A DNA stretch of 62,647 nucleotides, the filler included. It is 12 parts of 12 records of this genome, joined end to end, with 100 filler letters (N's around TTAATTAATTAA, not from the genome) between each part and the next. Parts side by side here need not be neighbours in the genome. Positions count along the whole stretch, not along the records: positions 47,074 to 50,722 come from SRR15195285_11087; positions 50,823 to 54,301 come from SRR15195285_11111; positions 54,402 to 58,252 come from SRR15195285_11128; positions 58,353 to 62,647 come from SRR15195285_11133; 8 more parts are not named here. One strand, given 5' to 3'. Positions 47,074 through 58,647 of this stretch are shown here, in pieces. A program made the position numbers and the translations under genes. Below the pieces are notes generated by a model. That model saw only the letters and a list, made by a program, of their open reading frames with translations. It made no database searches and had not been told where the DNA came from. Positions within the stretch are counted from its first letter, which is position 1. The number at the start of each line of letters is the position of its first letter.

Positions 47074-48473
47074 CGGAGCCGGAGCCGGAGCCGGAGCCGG
47101 AGAAAGAATCCGAATCGGCAGCTCAACCCTCGTCCGTGCCTCAGATCACCACTGCGGCTGAGGAGAAGCGGGCAGCACTGGAGGCGTTTAAACGGAAGAA
47201 AGAGGCGCAGGCAGCTGCCGAAAAGGCCGCTGCGGAAGCGCTCGCTCAGCAGGCAGAAGAGAAGAAGGCGAAAGCTCGCGCGTTTCGCGAGCAGGCGACG
47301 AAGACAGAGAGTGGCACGACGAATAGCGATAGTGCCGCTACTGCCGAGATACGCGCTTTTCTCGATGCCCGAGGGCTAGAAACATACCACGATCTTTTCC
47401 TGCATCCGAAGTCGAATTGTTCGACGTTGCGCAAGGTCACAATGGGTATGACCTCCAAGACAAGGGTCAAGGCGGCAGCTCGCCGAGTACCGGAATTCCA
47501 AGCAATGACAGATGACGAGTGCGAGCAAGTGGCGTTGGCAATTCGAAAACAGCCAGAGCCGAAGTCTATGGAAGCGCAGCCAGAAACCAAGCCTGTGCTG
47601 GAGGCAGAGCCAGAGCGAGAGAGCCAGCGGATGGCCGAAGTAAAACCACAGGTGGAGTCCGAGGAAGCGCGCTTTCGGCGGTTGTATACGGACGCCCTGC
47701 GCTCTGGTACCGAGGACGGCGGCGAAAATGCGGCCGAGATTCAGCAGCTTGCCGAGGTTCTCACGGAGCGGGGTCTTGACCTTCAGGTAGTTGCCGAAGA
47801 AATTCAAGCGATACTTGCAGCTGAGAAAGCATCCACAGTCGCCGAGCCTGAGGATAGCTCAGCTACTGCGCCGTCGGTGGCAGCTGCGTCAGCTGGTGCG
47901 CCGACGGCGGCAGCTACGCCGGCTGCTACACCGTCGGTGGCGGCTGCGCCGGCAGCCAGATCGCGAACACCACAGCGTGGATCCAGTGACAATTCTGGCA
48001 ACGTGGCTAGAAAATCAACCCCGCCGCGGTCGCGGCCATCCGGCAAAAATGAAGCACAGAAGAATACACCGCAGCAGAGAGACAACGCAAAAGAAAGGAA
48101 GGGAAAGGGTAGGGACAAGGAGAAGAAAAAGTCGCGAAGTGCTGCACCTCCGAGTAAACCTCCTCCTCGAGGCAAGGCAGTTGAGCCTTGGAGAGATCCA
48201 ACCAGCGCCGAGTATGATCCTGCCCGAGTTAAGGCCAACGAAGCGTTTGCCAAGGCTCAGGAGGTGGCAGGCAATGCCGATGCTACCCAGGCAAAAAAGC
48301 AGAAGCAGGAGCAGCAACGGAAGGCACTTGAAGCAAAAATAGCAAATGAACCGGTTTCACATGATGAGAAGCTTTTGGCAGAAGCGCGTGCAGTATTTGC
48401 TGATCCAACGAGCTCCAAGGCAGCAGTCGCTGCGGCTGTCGCGCAGATGAACGCGGCAGCGAAGAAGAAGTGA
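47074..48473 (+). CDS. 5'-truncated Ala/Glu/Lys-rich protein with a possible SAM-like domain
   Basis: Open frame from the (CCGGAG)n = EPEP contig start; IRAFLDARGLETYHDLF resembles SAM helices 1-2; the rest is low-complexity or coiled coil. Confidence 0.7.
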
Positions 48474-48544
48474 GGCTGCATGTAGGGTTCTGTATGCGGT
48501 ACACGCTTGAATGGAACTCTACGTATCACTTTACACTCTAGAGC

Positions 48545-50629
48545 TTAACCGAGCACCACACGCCCATTTGCTGACGCTGGCAACCGCAGCAACAGCTGGT
48601 GAACTACTTCTTCACCATGGCCACGCGAAAAAATAAGCTCGTGCGTACCAGCCAGTGCATGTCGAACACCATGTTTGTCGACAGTCGAAAGCATGCGCAC
48701 ACTCACAGGAAAACTCACAGTTCTGCTTTGGTTCGGCTCTAGTCGTACCCTCTCGAATCCTACGAGCTGCTTGAACGCAAGTGGGTCCGGACCGTCGCTG
48801 TCCGAGCGCAGGTTCCACTCTGCAGCAGCGATGCTCGCGTTGTGGAACAGAAAGACCACTTCATCGCCAGCTACTTTGCCGGTATTCGTTACGGTGATCT
48901 CTACAGTAGTGAGTTCATGTGATTCACCACGTAGCTGACGCTGTGGACGCAGCCCGGTCGAGATATCAGCTACATCAGAGTCAAATAGAGCCTTGCTTAG
49001 AGATTTTGATGCCGTTCTCTGCGTGAGGCTGAAAGTCGTATAGCTGAGTCCTGTAAACCATCAGAAAGAAAACACGCGGTCACCAGAGTGCCCGTCACCG
49101 TAGTGCAAGGCAGAGCACGGCTTTTGATCATCAATCTCCGTACGCACCAAATCCGAATGGCAGAATTGTGTTCTTTCCTCGATAGTACCGATAGCCTCGA
49201 CCAGGAGGGTCCGTCATGCTCATGTCTTTCATCACGCTTTCAGCGGTAAACGCCTCGCCGAGCAGCGTGTAAGGTAGCTTAGAAAAGCGATTTTGAAGGC
49301 CGTAGATAGTCTCTGCGAGGCCCGTCGCCCCACTTGCTCCCGGGTAGAATCCTTCAATCTGCACCACATATTCAAATCACGCGTCAATCGTGCTGAGACC
49401 TTCGTATCGCCTCAATAGCGTACTATTCGAGTAGCAAGCGTGTGTAAGGAAGGCTGCCTTGTAGATTGCTCGGATTGAGTGGAAGACTTACAATTGCGTG
49501 TATGTGATTATCTATCATCAACTTCTCGATCGCAAGGCCACCCCCGTTGAAAAGCAAGATGATGACCTTGGTACTGGGTCGGACGGTGCTAATCACTGCA
49601 TCAATGAGGGCAAGCTGCCCATCTGGCAGCCTGGAGCCGAACCAAAGCAGAACTGTGAGCGCACATATGCTTGCAAATGCTTGCGACTGTTGACAAGCAT
49701 AGCGTTCGGCATACACTGGCTGGTACGCACGAGATGGACGTTCGATCGTGTCCTTCCCCCTCAGTTCCATCATTGTTCACCTGCTGTCTAGACCTTTCGA
49801 TCGCTGCTCTAGAGTGATCGTCGGCGTCGAAAATCTTCGGCCGCCCACAAAGTCCGAGTGCCATGATGACAGCATCTGCGGTCTTCGCAGCTTCTTTGAC
49901 GGCGGTAAAATCGATCGGGTGTGGGCCAGAACAAGACGTGTCGAGGCACCCAGGCAGTACCTTGGGCGGCAAGGTACCAGGGAGTTTCCCGAGCGCTGTG
50001 GCCATCGATGGAACACATGGCGAGTCCCCAGCAGAGCTACTCGGCTCAGAGTGATCGCCACCATGGCCACAGCTGGCAGGCATGATGTCCTCAAAGTAGT
50101 TTCCTATGACGCAATAATTAAGCGATCAAAATGGTTGCGATACAAGTAAGTTGACACTGAGCAACGAATTCACAACAAACTTACCACCCAGGTCCTGGGT
50201 CGTCGTCGCGTGAGGACCGGTCAGAAGGACCTTCGTGCCTCTTTCAAGCGGCAACGCACCGTCAGCATTCTTGAGGAGCACCTGCAGAATAGTACACAAG
50301 CCACATGTGGCACATGCCACGTGTTGGTGTCGACTGACGAGCAAAACGTGGATTGATGCCCTTTTGGTTCGGGCAAACGATAAAGCTTTAACCGGTGCGC
50401 TGGAAGCTGCGCACCTGTGCCTGCCGTGAAGCATCCAGCGCCAGCTCTCTTGCGTTCGCACTTCCAATCGCATCAAACCCGATCTTTGTGTATTCCTGAT
50501 CCTCGAGTGGATCGAACATGCCTGCATCAAGAAGAAGCGACAATGACCGCTCCAGCGATGCATCAAGCACGGACTCCTCCACCAAGCCTTCTGAAATCGC
50601 GTCACAGATGTGGTTCGTCATTCCCCCAC
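48545..50629 (-). CDS. Glycoside hydrolase family 3 (beta-xylosidase-like), C-terminal half; 5'-truncated, ~7 exons
   Basis: ARELALDASRQAQVLLKNADGALPL, EGEGHDRTSI.LPDGQLALI, FYPGASGATGLAETIYG..NRFSKLPYT, GRGYRYY...PFGFGLSYTTF, Fn3-like KQLVGFERVRLEPNQSRTVSF. Confidence 0.9.
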
Positions 50630-50694
50630 CTATGGCCGCCGTCCGTGAATGAATCTCAATAAGGAAAAACACAGAGACAGACAAGCCACAGTTG

Positions 50695-50722
50695 AACACA
50701 CACACACACACACACACACACA
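50695..50722. repeat. (CA)n microsatellite at contig end (intronic)
   Basis: About 13 CA units. Confidence 0.95.
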
Positions 50723-50822
50723 NNNNNNNNNNNNNNNNNNNNNNNNNNNNNNNNNNNNNNNNNNNNTTAATTAATTAANNNNNNNNNNNNNNNNNNNNNN
50801 NNNNNNNNNNNNNNNNNNNNNN
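50723..50822. other. Artificial contig linker
   Basis: N44-TTAATTAATTAA-N44. Confidence 0.99.
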
Positions 50823-50968
50823 CTGGGGCCTCGACTCGGGCGTAGCACTCTGTAGAGCCCCCTCGTTCGGGCGACCGTGGGGGATGCGTCGCCGGCCGGC
50901 CGGACCCGCGGCCGCGGACGTCGACGACGACTCCGCCGGACACGGGACAGCTCGCCGTGTTGATCAGC

Positions 50969-51852
50969 ATGACCGATAGTGCAGCCGGCGCGATCCCCAC
51001 TGTCCCTGGCGCCATGACAGCCGCGGATGTGGTCGCGCATGTTGCAGCCTCTGGCGCTGAGTTCACCGGGATTGTCGGGTTCGGATCGTTGCTTTCCGCC
51101 GTTTCCGCAGCTTCCACGTGCCCAGGCGTGCGCAACTTTCGCCTGGGGCGCGTGCGTGGATGGCGCCGTGTGTTCGGTCACCCTGCCCACATCTTCTTCA
51201 ATCGGGGCATCGCGAGGCCAGACACCAAGGAGATCGCGTCGTTGTGCGCAGAGCCCAGCGAAGATTCCGGCGGATTCGTGATGGCTGCGTTTGAAGTGCC
51301 CACGGTGGAGCTGCCAGCGCTGGTAAGATTGAATCTATTTTGGGCCGAGCACACATTCTTCCGTTTGTACAGAACCCCATGCTTTGCTTGCAATATCGCT
51401 TATTTCTAGGGCTTCCCATCCATGCGCAGCTCCAGCGTGAAGAAGAGTTCAACTTCGTGGACGTACCATTCTATGCCCTCAACAGCGAAGGAGGTGGTGA
51501 CGAGCCGGTCGGCCGCGGATACATGTGTACGCGCGCGACGGACGAGGAAGTGCTAGACAGGCGCGGCCACCGCGCCAAGTACACGGATGCGCTTCAGGAA
51601 GCATATGGTTTCACGTCCATCTGGGATGGCTGGAACGCAGCCTCAGGGCTGCTGCCCACTCCTGTGTACTGCCGGCACTGCGTGCTGGCATCGCAGAAGC
51701 ACGGCATTCCACAGGAGGCTGCTGATAGTTTCCTAGATGAAACGTTCCTGTGTGATCGCAAGACCACGCTACGAGAATGCCTAGCCACAGATGGTGCGCA
51801 CGTCATGACTACCGAACCTCCGCCGGCACTAGTAGGGCGGTACTCAGGCTAG
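50969..51852 (+). CDS. Gamma-glutamylcyclotransferase (GGCT/BtrG)-fold protein; exons 50969-51322 and 51430-51852
   Basis: IVGFGSLLS, GRVRGWRRVF, LQREEEF (GGCT catalytic-Glu position), LLPTPVYCRHCVLA, SFLDETFLCDRKTTL; phase-0 GTAAGA...GCAG intron. Confidence 0.75.
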
Positions 51853-51985
51853 GTGATGCAGCTGCTGCACCAGGTTGGTAGGCACGTAGACAGATTGCAA
51901 TGCAATTGTTGTGCATTCATTGCTACAAAGCAGCCAAACATTCCAACGAACGAATTCATCAACACATGCTGCGCGCACCAGGCAT

Positions 51986-54169
51986 TTAACACTTCTGTAC
52001 GTTGTTGCTCATGGTGCTAAGCCAACTTAGTACTGTTGACTCATTCCGATTGACGAATCCCAGTGTTGTTGACGCGTTGAGAGAGTACTTGTGGCAGAAG
52101 GTGTTATCCTCAATGACGTTGTTGATTGGAACGCATGGGTGGTTGTCGTAAATGTTCACGAGCTCTGGGTAGCGAGTGGAGTACGGCGGGTTCTTGTAGT
52201 TCAGTTTTTCGAGCGCTGTGCGAAAACACCCTGGGTTCTGTGCGGCAGTAGACTTGCCTCCCGTGCAGTTCCAGGTGCAGTAGTCCGCCATCCAGTTCAT
52301 ACCGCGGTTGTCAAATGCGATGTCCAGGTCGTTGTCGACAAATGTGTTTGAGTGGATGCGGTTGCGCCGCCCACCTCCAAGCAACACACCCGTGGTAGCA
52401 TTGATCACAGTATTGCCATAGAAGTCGTACCCGGACATCTCTACAACATAACGTCAACCATTGTCAGCACCATTGATTGAAACAAATTTGCGCTCAGCAG
52501 GCAACATGTAAGCCAGAGAAACACGCAAATTATAACGCGACTGTGCATGGACAGGTTTCGCACGGTCATCCAGATAAAACGCGTTCTGGCTGCATGACTT
52601 CTGTGCAAGACGTTCCGTAGCTCGTACAGTATCGAACGTGTTGAACCGAACAGTATTGCCCCGCTGCGCCCAGCTACGACCGATGTAGAACGCCCCTGTA
52701 TCGACCGTCTCGTAGCATATGTGGCGCAGCACGTTGTGCTCTGCCACAACCAATGGATTCGAGTTTCAAATACCATCGGCTTGTCATGAACACATTTTCC
52801 AACACAGGCATGTAAACGCACCGAACATATTCTCGTTGCCCCCACCAGTGATGGCGGTGTGTGGTGCGTGGGTGATCGTGTTGTTCGCGACATAATTGCC
52901 CACCCCTAAGAACGCCACGCCTGCGGCGTACGTGCGCTGAATACGCGAGAAGTTTGTGATAATGTTGCCAACGACGGAAGTATGGCCTGGCACTAGCGTA
53001 GACATGTTTCCGGAATTGATGCTGATGGCCGCTCCACCGCAGCCGAAGACCGTATTGAAGGAGGCAGTATTGTTGTCGCCGGTCACTGACAAGCATGTCT
53101 TGCCAGCGTTGCTTACAACACAGTTATCCACAGTCACATTTTTACCGTTCGAGATGAGGACTGCCACGTCTCGGCTGGTGCTGATGGTCATATCCTTGAA
53201 GCTGTGATGGTTCGCGCTGTCAAGTTCTACCACGTTGGGAATCAGACTGACGACGACGTCTGTTGTTGGGCTCATCGGCTCGTGTGGCATGAAGTACAGC
53301 GTCCCGGTCGCCTTGTCCACGTGGTACTCGCCAGGTGCGTCGAGCAGCTCGAGTGCAGCTACGGCATAAAAGCGACATCCTGTTGTGAACGGGTACTGCG
53401 GAGTAGTAGCCACGTCACGCGTCACAGTGTACGAGCCACTGCCGTCCGGTTCGATCTTGGCAATGCGAATGAAGGTGTCTCGCCAATCGAACTTAAAAAA
53501 CCCATGGATCCAGAGCTCTCCTTTCGCGACAGCAGGGGCCCAAAGCTTTGCCGCGGTTGTGTCTCTGAACGTGAATGTCATGTTGGGATCGGTTGGCGCG
53601 CTCATGTTCTCGTATCCACTCCATATCCAGGTCCCATTGTCAGCAACATTCGGATACCGGGCTCTAGTCATGGGCTTCCCGTCCACAAAGAGCTCAAGGT
53701 TGTCCCACGGGTACGGACTGGACATACCGGGCACAGCGGTCGAGTTGAGGCCGTGAGAGTAAAGATCGATCTTCATTACGCCCGCAGCACCAGAAGGGAC
53801 TGTGCCAGCAGGGACGAAGGCGTCGCCTTGGAGCTTGGCACCACCGGTCAGTCGAGCGGGATCCTGAGGGTTGGACTGCCACACGACGGGAGCGCTGACC
53901 GAGGCGGCGTCCTGGGACTCCAGACGGAGCGGCTCCGATAAGTGATGATCGCCACTGATCAGGACAGTCCGAGGCTGCCCAGCGCCCAGCCCAGCTCTCA
54001 TCGCGTCGCGAGCGGCATGCACAGAACGGAACGGGTTGGCGGCAGTGCCTGCCTCCTCTGTGCTGGTCTCTTGTCCTCCCACAGACGATACATGGATTAC
54101 GAAGGTCTTCTCTGTGCTTGCATGAGCCAATCCTGCGCAGACAGTCGCCAGCAGCTGCAGGCGCAGCAT
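51986..54169 (-). CDS. Secreted right-handed beta-helix protein, GH141-like; 3 exons (54169-~52822, ~52740-52567, ~52439-51986)
   Basis: Signal MLRLQLLATVCAGLAHA; GTAANPFRSVHAARDA, ELFVDGKPMTRARYPN, ELLDAPGEYHVD..GTLYF, NTITHAPHTAI, ETVDTGAFYIGRSW..RGNTVRFN, FYLDD.MSG, GGGRRNRIHSNTF. Confidence 0.85.
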
Positions 54170-54301
54170 CGCCAGATACTGTACGCGCTGAACTCTATAT
54201 CTACATGTAGCGAGTATATACCGCGGCGTCACAGCAGGCGCGCGCGCGCGCGCGATCGCGAGGCTCGCGCACAGGGTTGCGTTCGTTTGCCGAGGGGGGA
54301 C

Positions 54302-54401
54302 NNNNNNNNNNNNNNNNNNNNNNNNNNNNNNNNNNNNNNNNNNNNTTAATTAATTAANNNNNNNNNNNNNNNNNNNNNNNNNNNNNNNNNNNNNNNNNNN
54401 N
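54302..54401. other. Artificial contig linker
   Basis: N44-TTAATTAATTAA-N44. Confidence 0.99.
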
Positions 54402-54479
54402 CCCCCCCCCCCCCCCCCCCCCCCCGCCTTCGCTCACGCGCCGCTGTGTGTGTGTGCGCGCTGCCCCGCCCCCCCGCAG

Positions 54480-57400
54480 TTCGACTTCAAGTACGACTTC
54501 GACGAGTCGTACACGCAGCAGAGCCAGGCAGACTACGACTTCAACGAGTCGTTCACCCAGGCCAGCCAGGCCGATGGCGCCCCGGCGGACGAGGAGGCGC
54601 TCGCGTCCGCGGAGGCCGCCCGGGCCGAGCGGGCGGCGAAGATAGCGGCGAGCGAGCGGACGGCAGAGCCCGAGCCGGCGGCCGACGGCGCGAACTGGGG
54701 TGACCGCGACGAGCTCGAGGAGGTGGAGGACTCCGACGGCGAGGACGGCGAGTACGACCCGTCCAAGCAGGGCGAGCTGCAGTTCGAGGAGCTGCACCAC
54801 GAGGAGGAGGAAGAGGACTTCTACGAGAAGGACCTGCCGAGCCACGCGTGCGTGTACTGCGGCATCCACAACCCGGCCTGCGTCGTCCAGTGCTGCGGCA
54901 CGTCCAAGTGGTTCTGCAACAGCCGCTGCGGTTCGTCCGCGTCGTGCATCGTGCATCACATGGTCCGCTCGAAGCACAAGGAGATCTCGCTGCACGCGAA
55001 CAGCCCGCTGGGCGAGACGGTGCTCGAGTGCTACAACTGCGGCAACCGCAATATGTTCGAGCTGGGCTTCATCCCGGCCAAGTCCGAGTCTGTTGTCGTG
55101 CTGCTGTGCCGCCCTTGCGTCAACTCCAACGGCGTGAAGGACATGAGCTGGGATCTCGCGCAGTGGGAGGCGCTGATCCAGGACCGCTGCCTGCTGCCGT
55201 GGCTTGTCAAGGTGCCGTCGGAGCAGGAGCAGTCCCGTGCGCGGCAGATCTCCACCGCGCAGATCAACAAGCTTGAGGAGCTGTGGCGCTCCAACCCGGA
55301 CGCCTCGCTCGAGGACCTCGATGCGCCCGGAGTCGACGACGAGCTGCCGCCCACGCTGCTGCGCTACGACGACGCCTACCAGTACCACAACATCTTCGCG
55401 CCGCTCGTGAAGGCCGAAGCCGACTACGACAAGCAGATGAAGGAGAACCAGGCGCAAGACAACGTCCTGGTGCGCTGGGACATGAGCCTCAACAAGAAGC
55501 GCATCGCATACTTCATGTACCCGAAGACCGAGCAGGAGTTGCGTCTGGTACCGGGCGACGAGCTACAGCTAGTCTTTGCTGGTGACGGTGTCCGCTCGCC
55601 ATGGAAGAGCCTCGGGCAGGTCTTGATGATCAAAGACAACGAGGAGGTCGGCCTTGAGCTACGCAATGGTAGCAACGCTCCGACCGACTGCACGCACGGG
55701 TTTACGATCGAATTCGTCTGGAAAGCAGTGTCGTTCGATCGCATGCGAGCCGCGATGAAGTCATTTGCGGTTGACGAGACGTCCGTGTCTGGATATATCT
55801 ACCACAGGCTCCTTGGACACGAAGTCGAGCCGCAGACCATCCGCGCGCAGATGCCGCGTCGCATTACAGCTCCAGGGCTGCCTGACCTCAATCACTCTCA
55901 GGTCTTCGCCGTGAAGAGCGTTCTGCAGCAACCGCTCTCCCTGATCCAAGGGCCGCCTGGCACTGGCAAGACAGTTACCTGCGCATCCATCGTCTACCAC
56001 CTTTGCAAGCAACACCAAGGGCAGGTGCTGGTGTGCGCGCCGAGTAATGTTGCGGTCGATCAGCTGACAGAACGTCTCAACCTGACCGGCCTGCGGGTTG
56101 TGCGCATGGCAGCCAAGAGCCGAGAGGGTGTCTCTACTGCAGTAGACCATTTGACGCTACATCACCAAGTCCGCAACCTCGACACCCCTGAGAAGGGGGA
56201 GATGCGCAAGCTGCAGCAGCTCAAGGATGCCGCGGGTGAGCTTAGCACGGGTGATCAGAAGCGATACCGTAGCTTGCTTCGTGCTACGGAGCGAGAGTTC
56301 CTGCAGGCTGCTGACGTCATCACATGCACCTGTGTCGGTGCTGGCGATCCACGCCTTGGAAACTTTCGCTTCCGCCAGATCGTGATCGATGAGTCCACGC
56401 AGGCTACGGAGCCGGAGTGTCTTGTCCCGATCGTCCTCGGTGCAAAGCAGATCGTGCTAGTCGGTGACCACTGCCAGCTCGGTCCGGTTATCACGTGCAA
56501 GAAAGCTGCGACAGCCGGCTTGACACAATCGCTTTTTGAGAGACTCGTGCACCTGGGGGTCAAGCCCATTCGTCTGCAGGTCCAGTATCGCATGCACCCA
56601 TGTCTTTCAGAGTTCCCATCCAACACGTTCTACGAAGGGTCGCTACAGAACGGTGTCACAGAAACTGAGCGGTTGCTGTATGACGTCCAATTTCCATGGC
56701 CTTTCATGGAGAAGCCCATGATGTTTTACGTTTCTATGGGACAAGAGGAAATCTCCGCTTCTGGCACCTCGTATCTCAACCGCACAGAGGCGTCGATGGT
56801 TGAGAAATGCGTCACTCAGTTTCTAAAGAACGGATGCCAGCCGGACCAGATCGGCATCATCACACCGTATGAGGGCCAGCGCGCATACATCGTCAACTAC
56901 ATGCGCCGGACAGGCACGCTTCCGCAGCAGCTGTACGAGGAGATAGAGACGCAGTCCGTCGACGCTTTCCAGGGCCGTGAAAAGGACTTCATTATTCTCA
57001 CCTGCGTTCGATCGAACGAACACCAAGGAATTGGATTCCTAAACGACCCTCGCCGTCTGAACGTTGCACTCACGCGCGCCAAGTATGGCGTCGTGGTTAT
57101 CGGCAACCCCAAATCACTGTCCAAGCAGCCGCTGTGGAACGCGCTGCTTGTTCATTACAAAGAGAACTCTTGCCTCGTCGAAGGACCCCTCACCGCATTG
57201 AAAGAATCCATCGTTCAGTTTCATCGCACGAAGAAGTTTTACGATCGCCGGATGACGAAGGATGGGCAGGCCGGCAATCATTTCCAAGAAGAGACACCAC
57301 TGGACCAGCAGTTCCCCTTCGATCGCAACATGGCAGCTGCGAGCCTTCCGCGAGCGCCAGGCGAGCTAGCAAAAGAGATGCCAAAGCCGAAGCAGGGCCG

Positions 57401-57953
57401 AAGCAGTGGAATGCCTCCCAGCATGGGCTACGCCGGCAGCGGCGGCGGCGCAAGCTACGGAGGAGGAATGAGCATGAGCATGAGCGGTGGCATGTCGATG
57501 TCGGGGTCGATGCCCGCCTACAATATGCGCGGCGGTAGCCAGCCGGATTCACAATCAACCTATGGTGGCTATTCGGGAGGCTACGGTTATACACCTGGGT
57601 CACAGCAGACTGGCGGTGTGACCACGCAGCCAGGGACACAGGCAGCAGGCATGGGTATGAGCATGGGAGGCCAAAGCGGAGGTGGAGCCAGTGGCGGCGC
57701 CGGCGGCTACGGTCATCGCAGCCAGGCCTCGCAGGACGATTTTGCGTCCCAGAGCCAGTCGCAGGACTTCGGAGGTGGCCCCGCAACGCAGCAGTACATG
57801 CCTGGCACGCAGAGCCAAGGACAGAGCCAGTCTCAAATGTCACAGAGCCAGTCGCAGCAGGTGACGACTGGTGCTGACTATAGCCAGGAACCAGCTGGTG
57901 CTGGCTATGCGTCGCAACAGTCGCAGCAGTCGCAGCCATCGACCCAGTACTAA
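54480..57953 (+). CDS. UPF1: Regulator of nonsense transcripts 1 (SF1 RNA helicase); first exon missing
   Basis: CH domain [97 protein letters not shown]-rich tail; acceptor CGCAG at 54475-54479. Confidence 0.98.
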   Translation, partial: FDFKYDFDESYTQQSQADYDFNESFTQASQADGAPADEEALASAEAARAERAAKIAASERTAEPEPAADGANWGDRDELEEVEDSDGEDGEYDPSKQGELQFEELHHEEEEEDFYEKDLPSHACVYCGIHNPACVVQCCGTSKWFCNSRCGSSASCIVHHMVRSKHKEISLHANSPLGETVLECYNCGNRNMFELGFIPAKSESVVVLLCRPCVNSNGVKDMSWDLAQWEALIQDRCLLPWLVKVPSEQEQSRARQISTAQINKLEELWRSNPDASLEDLDAPGVDDELPPTLLRYDDAYQYHNIFAPLVKAEADYDKQMKENQAQDNVLVRWDMSLNKKRIAYFMYPKTEQELRLVPGDELQLVFAGDGVRSPWKSLGQVLMIKDNEEVGLELRNGSNAPTDCTHGFTIEFVWKAVSFDRMRAAMKSFAVDETSVSGYIYHRLLGHEVEPQTIRAQMPRRITAPGLPDLNHSQVFAVKSVLQQPLSLIQGPPGTGKTVTCASIVYHLCKQHQGQVLVCAPSNVAVDQLTERLNLTGLRVVRMAAKSREGVSTAVDHLTLHHQVRNLDTPEKGEMRKLQQLKDAAGELSTGDQKRYRSLLRATEREFLQAADVITCTCVGAGDPRLGNFRFRQIVIDESTQATEPECLVPIVLGAKQIVLVGDHCQLGPVITCKKAATAGLTQSLFERLVHLGVKPIRLQVQYRMHPCLSEFPSNTFYEGSLQNGVTETERLLYDVQFPWPFMEKPMMFYVSMGQEEISASGTSYLNRTEASMVEKCVTQFLKNGCQPDQIGIITPYEGQRAYIVNYMRRTGTLPQQLYEEIETQSVDAFQGREKDFIILTCVRSNEHQGIGFLNDPRRLNVALTRAKYGVVVIGNPKSLSKQPLWNALLVHYKENSCLVEGPLTALKESIVQFHRTKKFYDRRMTKDGQAGNHFQEETPLDQQFPFDRNMAAASLPRAPGELAKEMPKPKQGRSSGMPPSMGYAGSGGGASYGGGMSMSMSGGMSMSGSMPAYNMRGGSQPDSQSTYGGYSGGYGYTPGSQQTGGVTTQPGTQAAGMGMSMGGQSGGGASGGAGGYGHRSQASQDDFASQSQSQDFGGGPATQQYMPGTQSQGQSQSQMSQSQSQQVTTGADYSQEPAGAGYASQQSQQSQPSTQY

Positions 57954-58226
57954 TGATGCCTCTGGACCACAAGGAACTGCCGCAGGTCATTGGCATCAGC
58001 TGCACCAACATCATCGTCAGCACGTGTGCTTGCCATCGGCCTGCTTGTCATATGCGTCGAGAGCAGTCGCTGCCAACGTGCGTGCTGCAATGTACGAATG
58101 GATGTTGTCGCGCAATCAAAACCGGCAAGCGCGGACGTCGTCTTGGCATTAGCTTGGTGGGCTACATCGTACCATTACTTACGATAGGTCAGACAGCACG
58201 CTGCTGTCTGGTTCGGCGGTGGAAGG

Positions 58227-58252
58227 AGCAGCAGCAGCAGCAGCAGCAGCAG
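58227..58252. repeat. (CAG)n microsatellite at contig end
   Basis: About 8 CAG units. Confidence 0.95.
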
Positions 58253-58352
58253 NNNNNNNNNNNNNNNNNNNNNNNNNNNNNNNNNNNNNNNNNNNNTTAA
58301 TTAATTAANNNNNNNNNNNNNNNNNNNNNNNNNNNNNNNNNNNNNNNNNNNN
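58253..58352. other. Artificial contig linker
   Basis: N44-TTAATTAATTAA-N44. Confidence 0.99.
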
Positions 58353-58387
58353 CACCAGTCATTTGACTGTACACAATCTATTAATGT

Positions 58388-58429
58388 CATGCGTTATCAC
58401 ACTAGATGCACTTGGTGTGATAACGCATG
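58388..58429. repeat. Inverted repeat / hairpin with 15-bp perfect stem
   Basis: CATGCGTTATCACAC-tagatgcacttg-GTGTGATAACGCATG. Confidence 0.9.
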
Positions 58430-58647
58430 GGCACTGTGCTTGGTACTGTACCACCCTCAGTGATCGGTGTTTTACACCCGCCGGGTAACAGGGACGCGTG
58501 CGCCGGTGAATGACTCCGCGGCGAGGGTCCGGGGGACCACACCACCGCGCGGCGGCGCCCGGTGCCGGCGCGGATCCGCGAGGGTCCGTCCGGCGGCGCG
58601 CGCGCTCGTTCGCGCACGCAGCCGACGACGGCTCAGAGGCGCTAGGT

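Noticed and set aside
54402-54425. Poly-C tract as a G-quadruplex regulatory element
   Set aside because: Intronic homopolymer at an assembly break; length unreliable.
54354-55457. 367-aa antisense ORF over UPF1, and similar long shadow ORFs over COG8, SDR and the 21-26 kb gene
   Set aside because: Expected by-product of very high GC3 on the sense strand; no protein motifs.
7398-58352. TTAATTAATTAA recurring 11 times as a biological repeat, and gene clustering across the window
   Set aside because: It is always centred in identical N44 pads: an artificial six-frame-stop linker. Adjacent contigs are not known to be linked.
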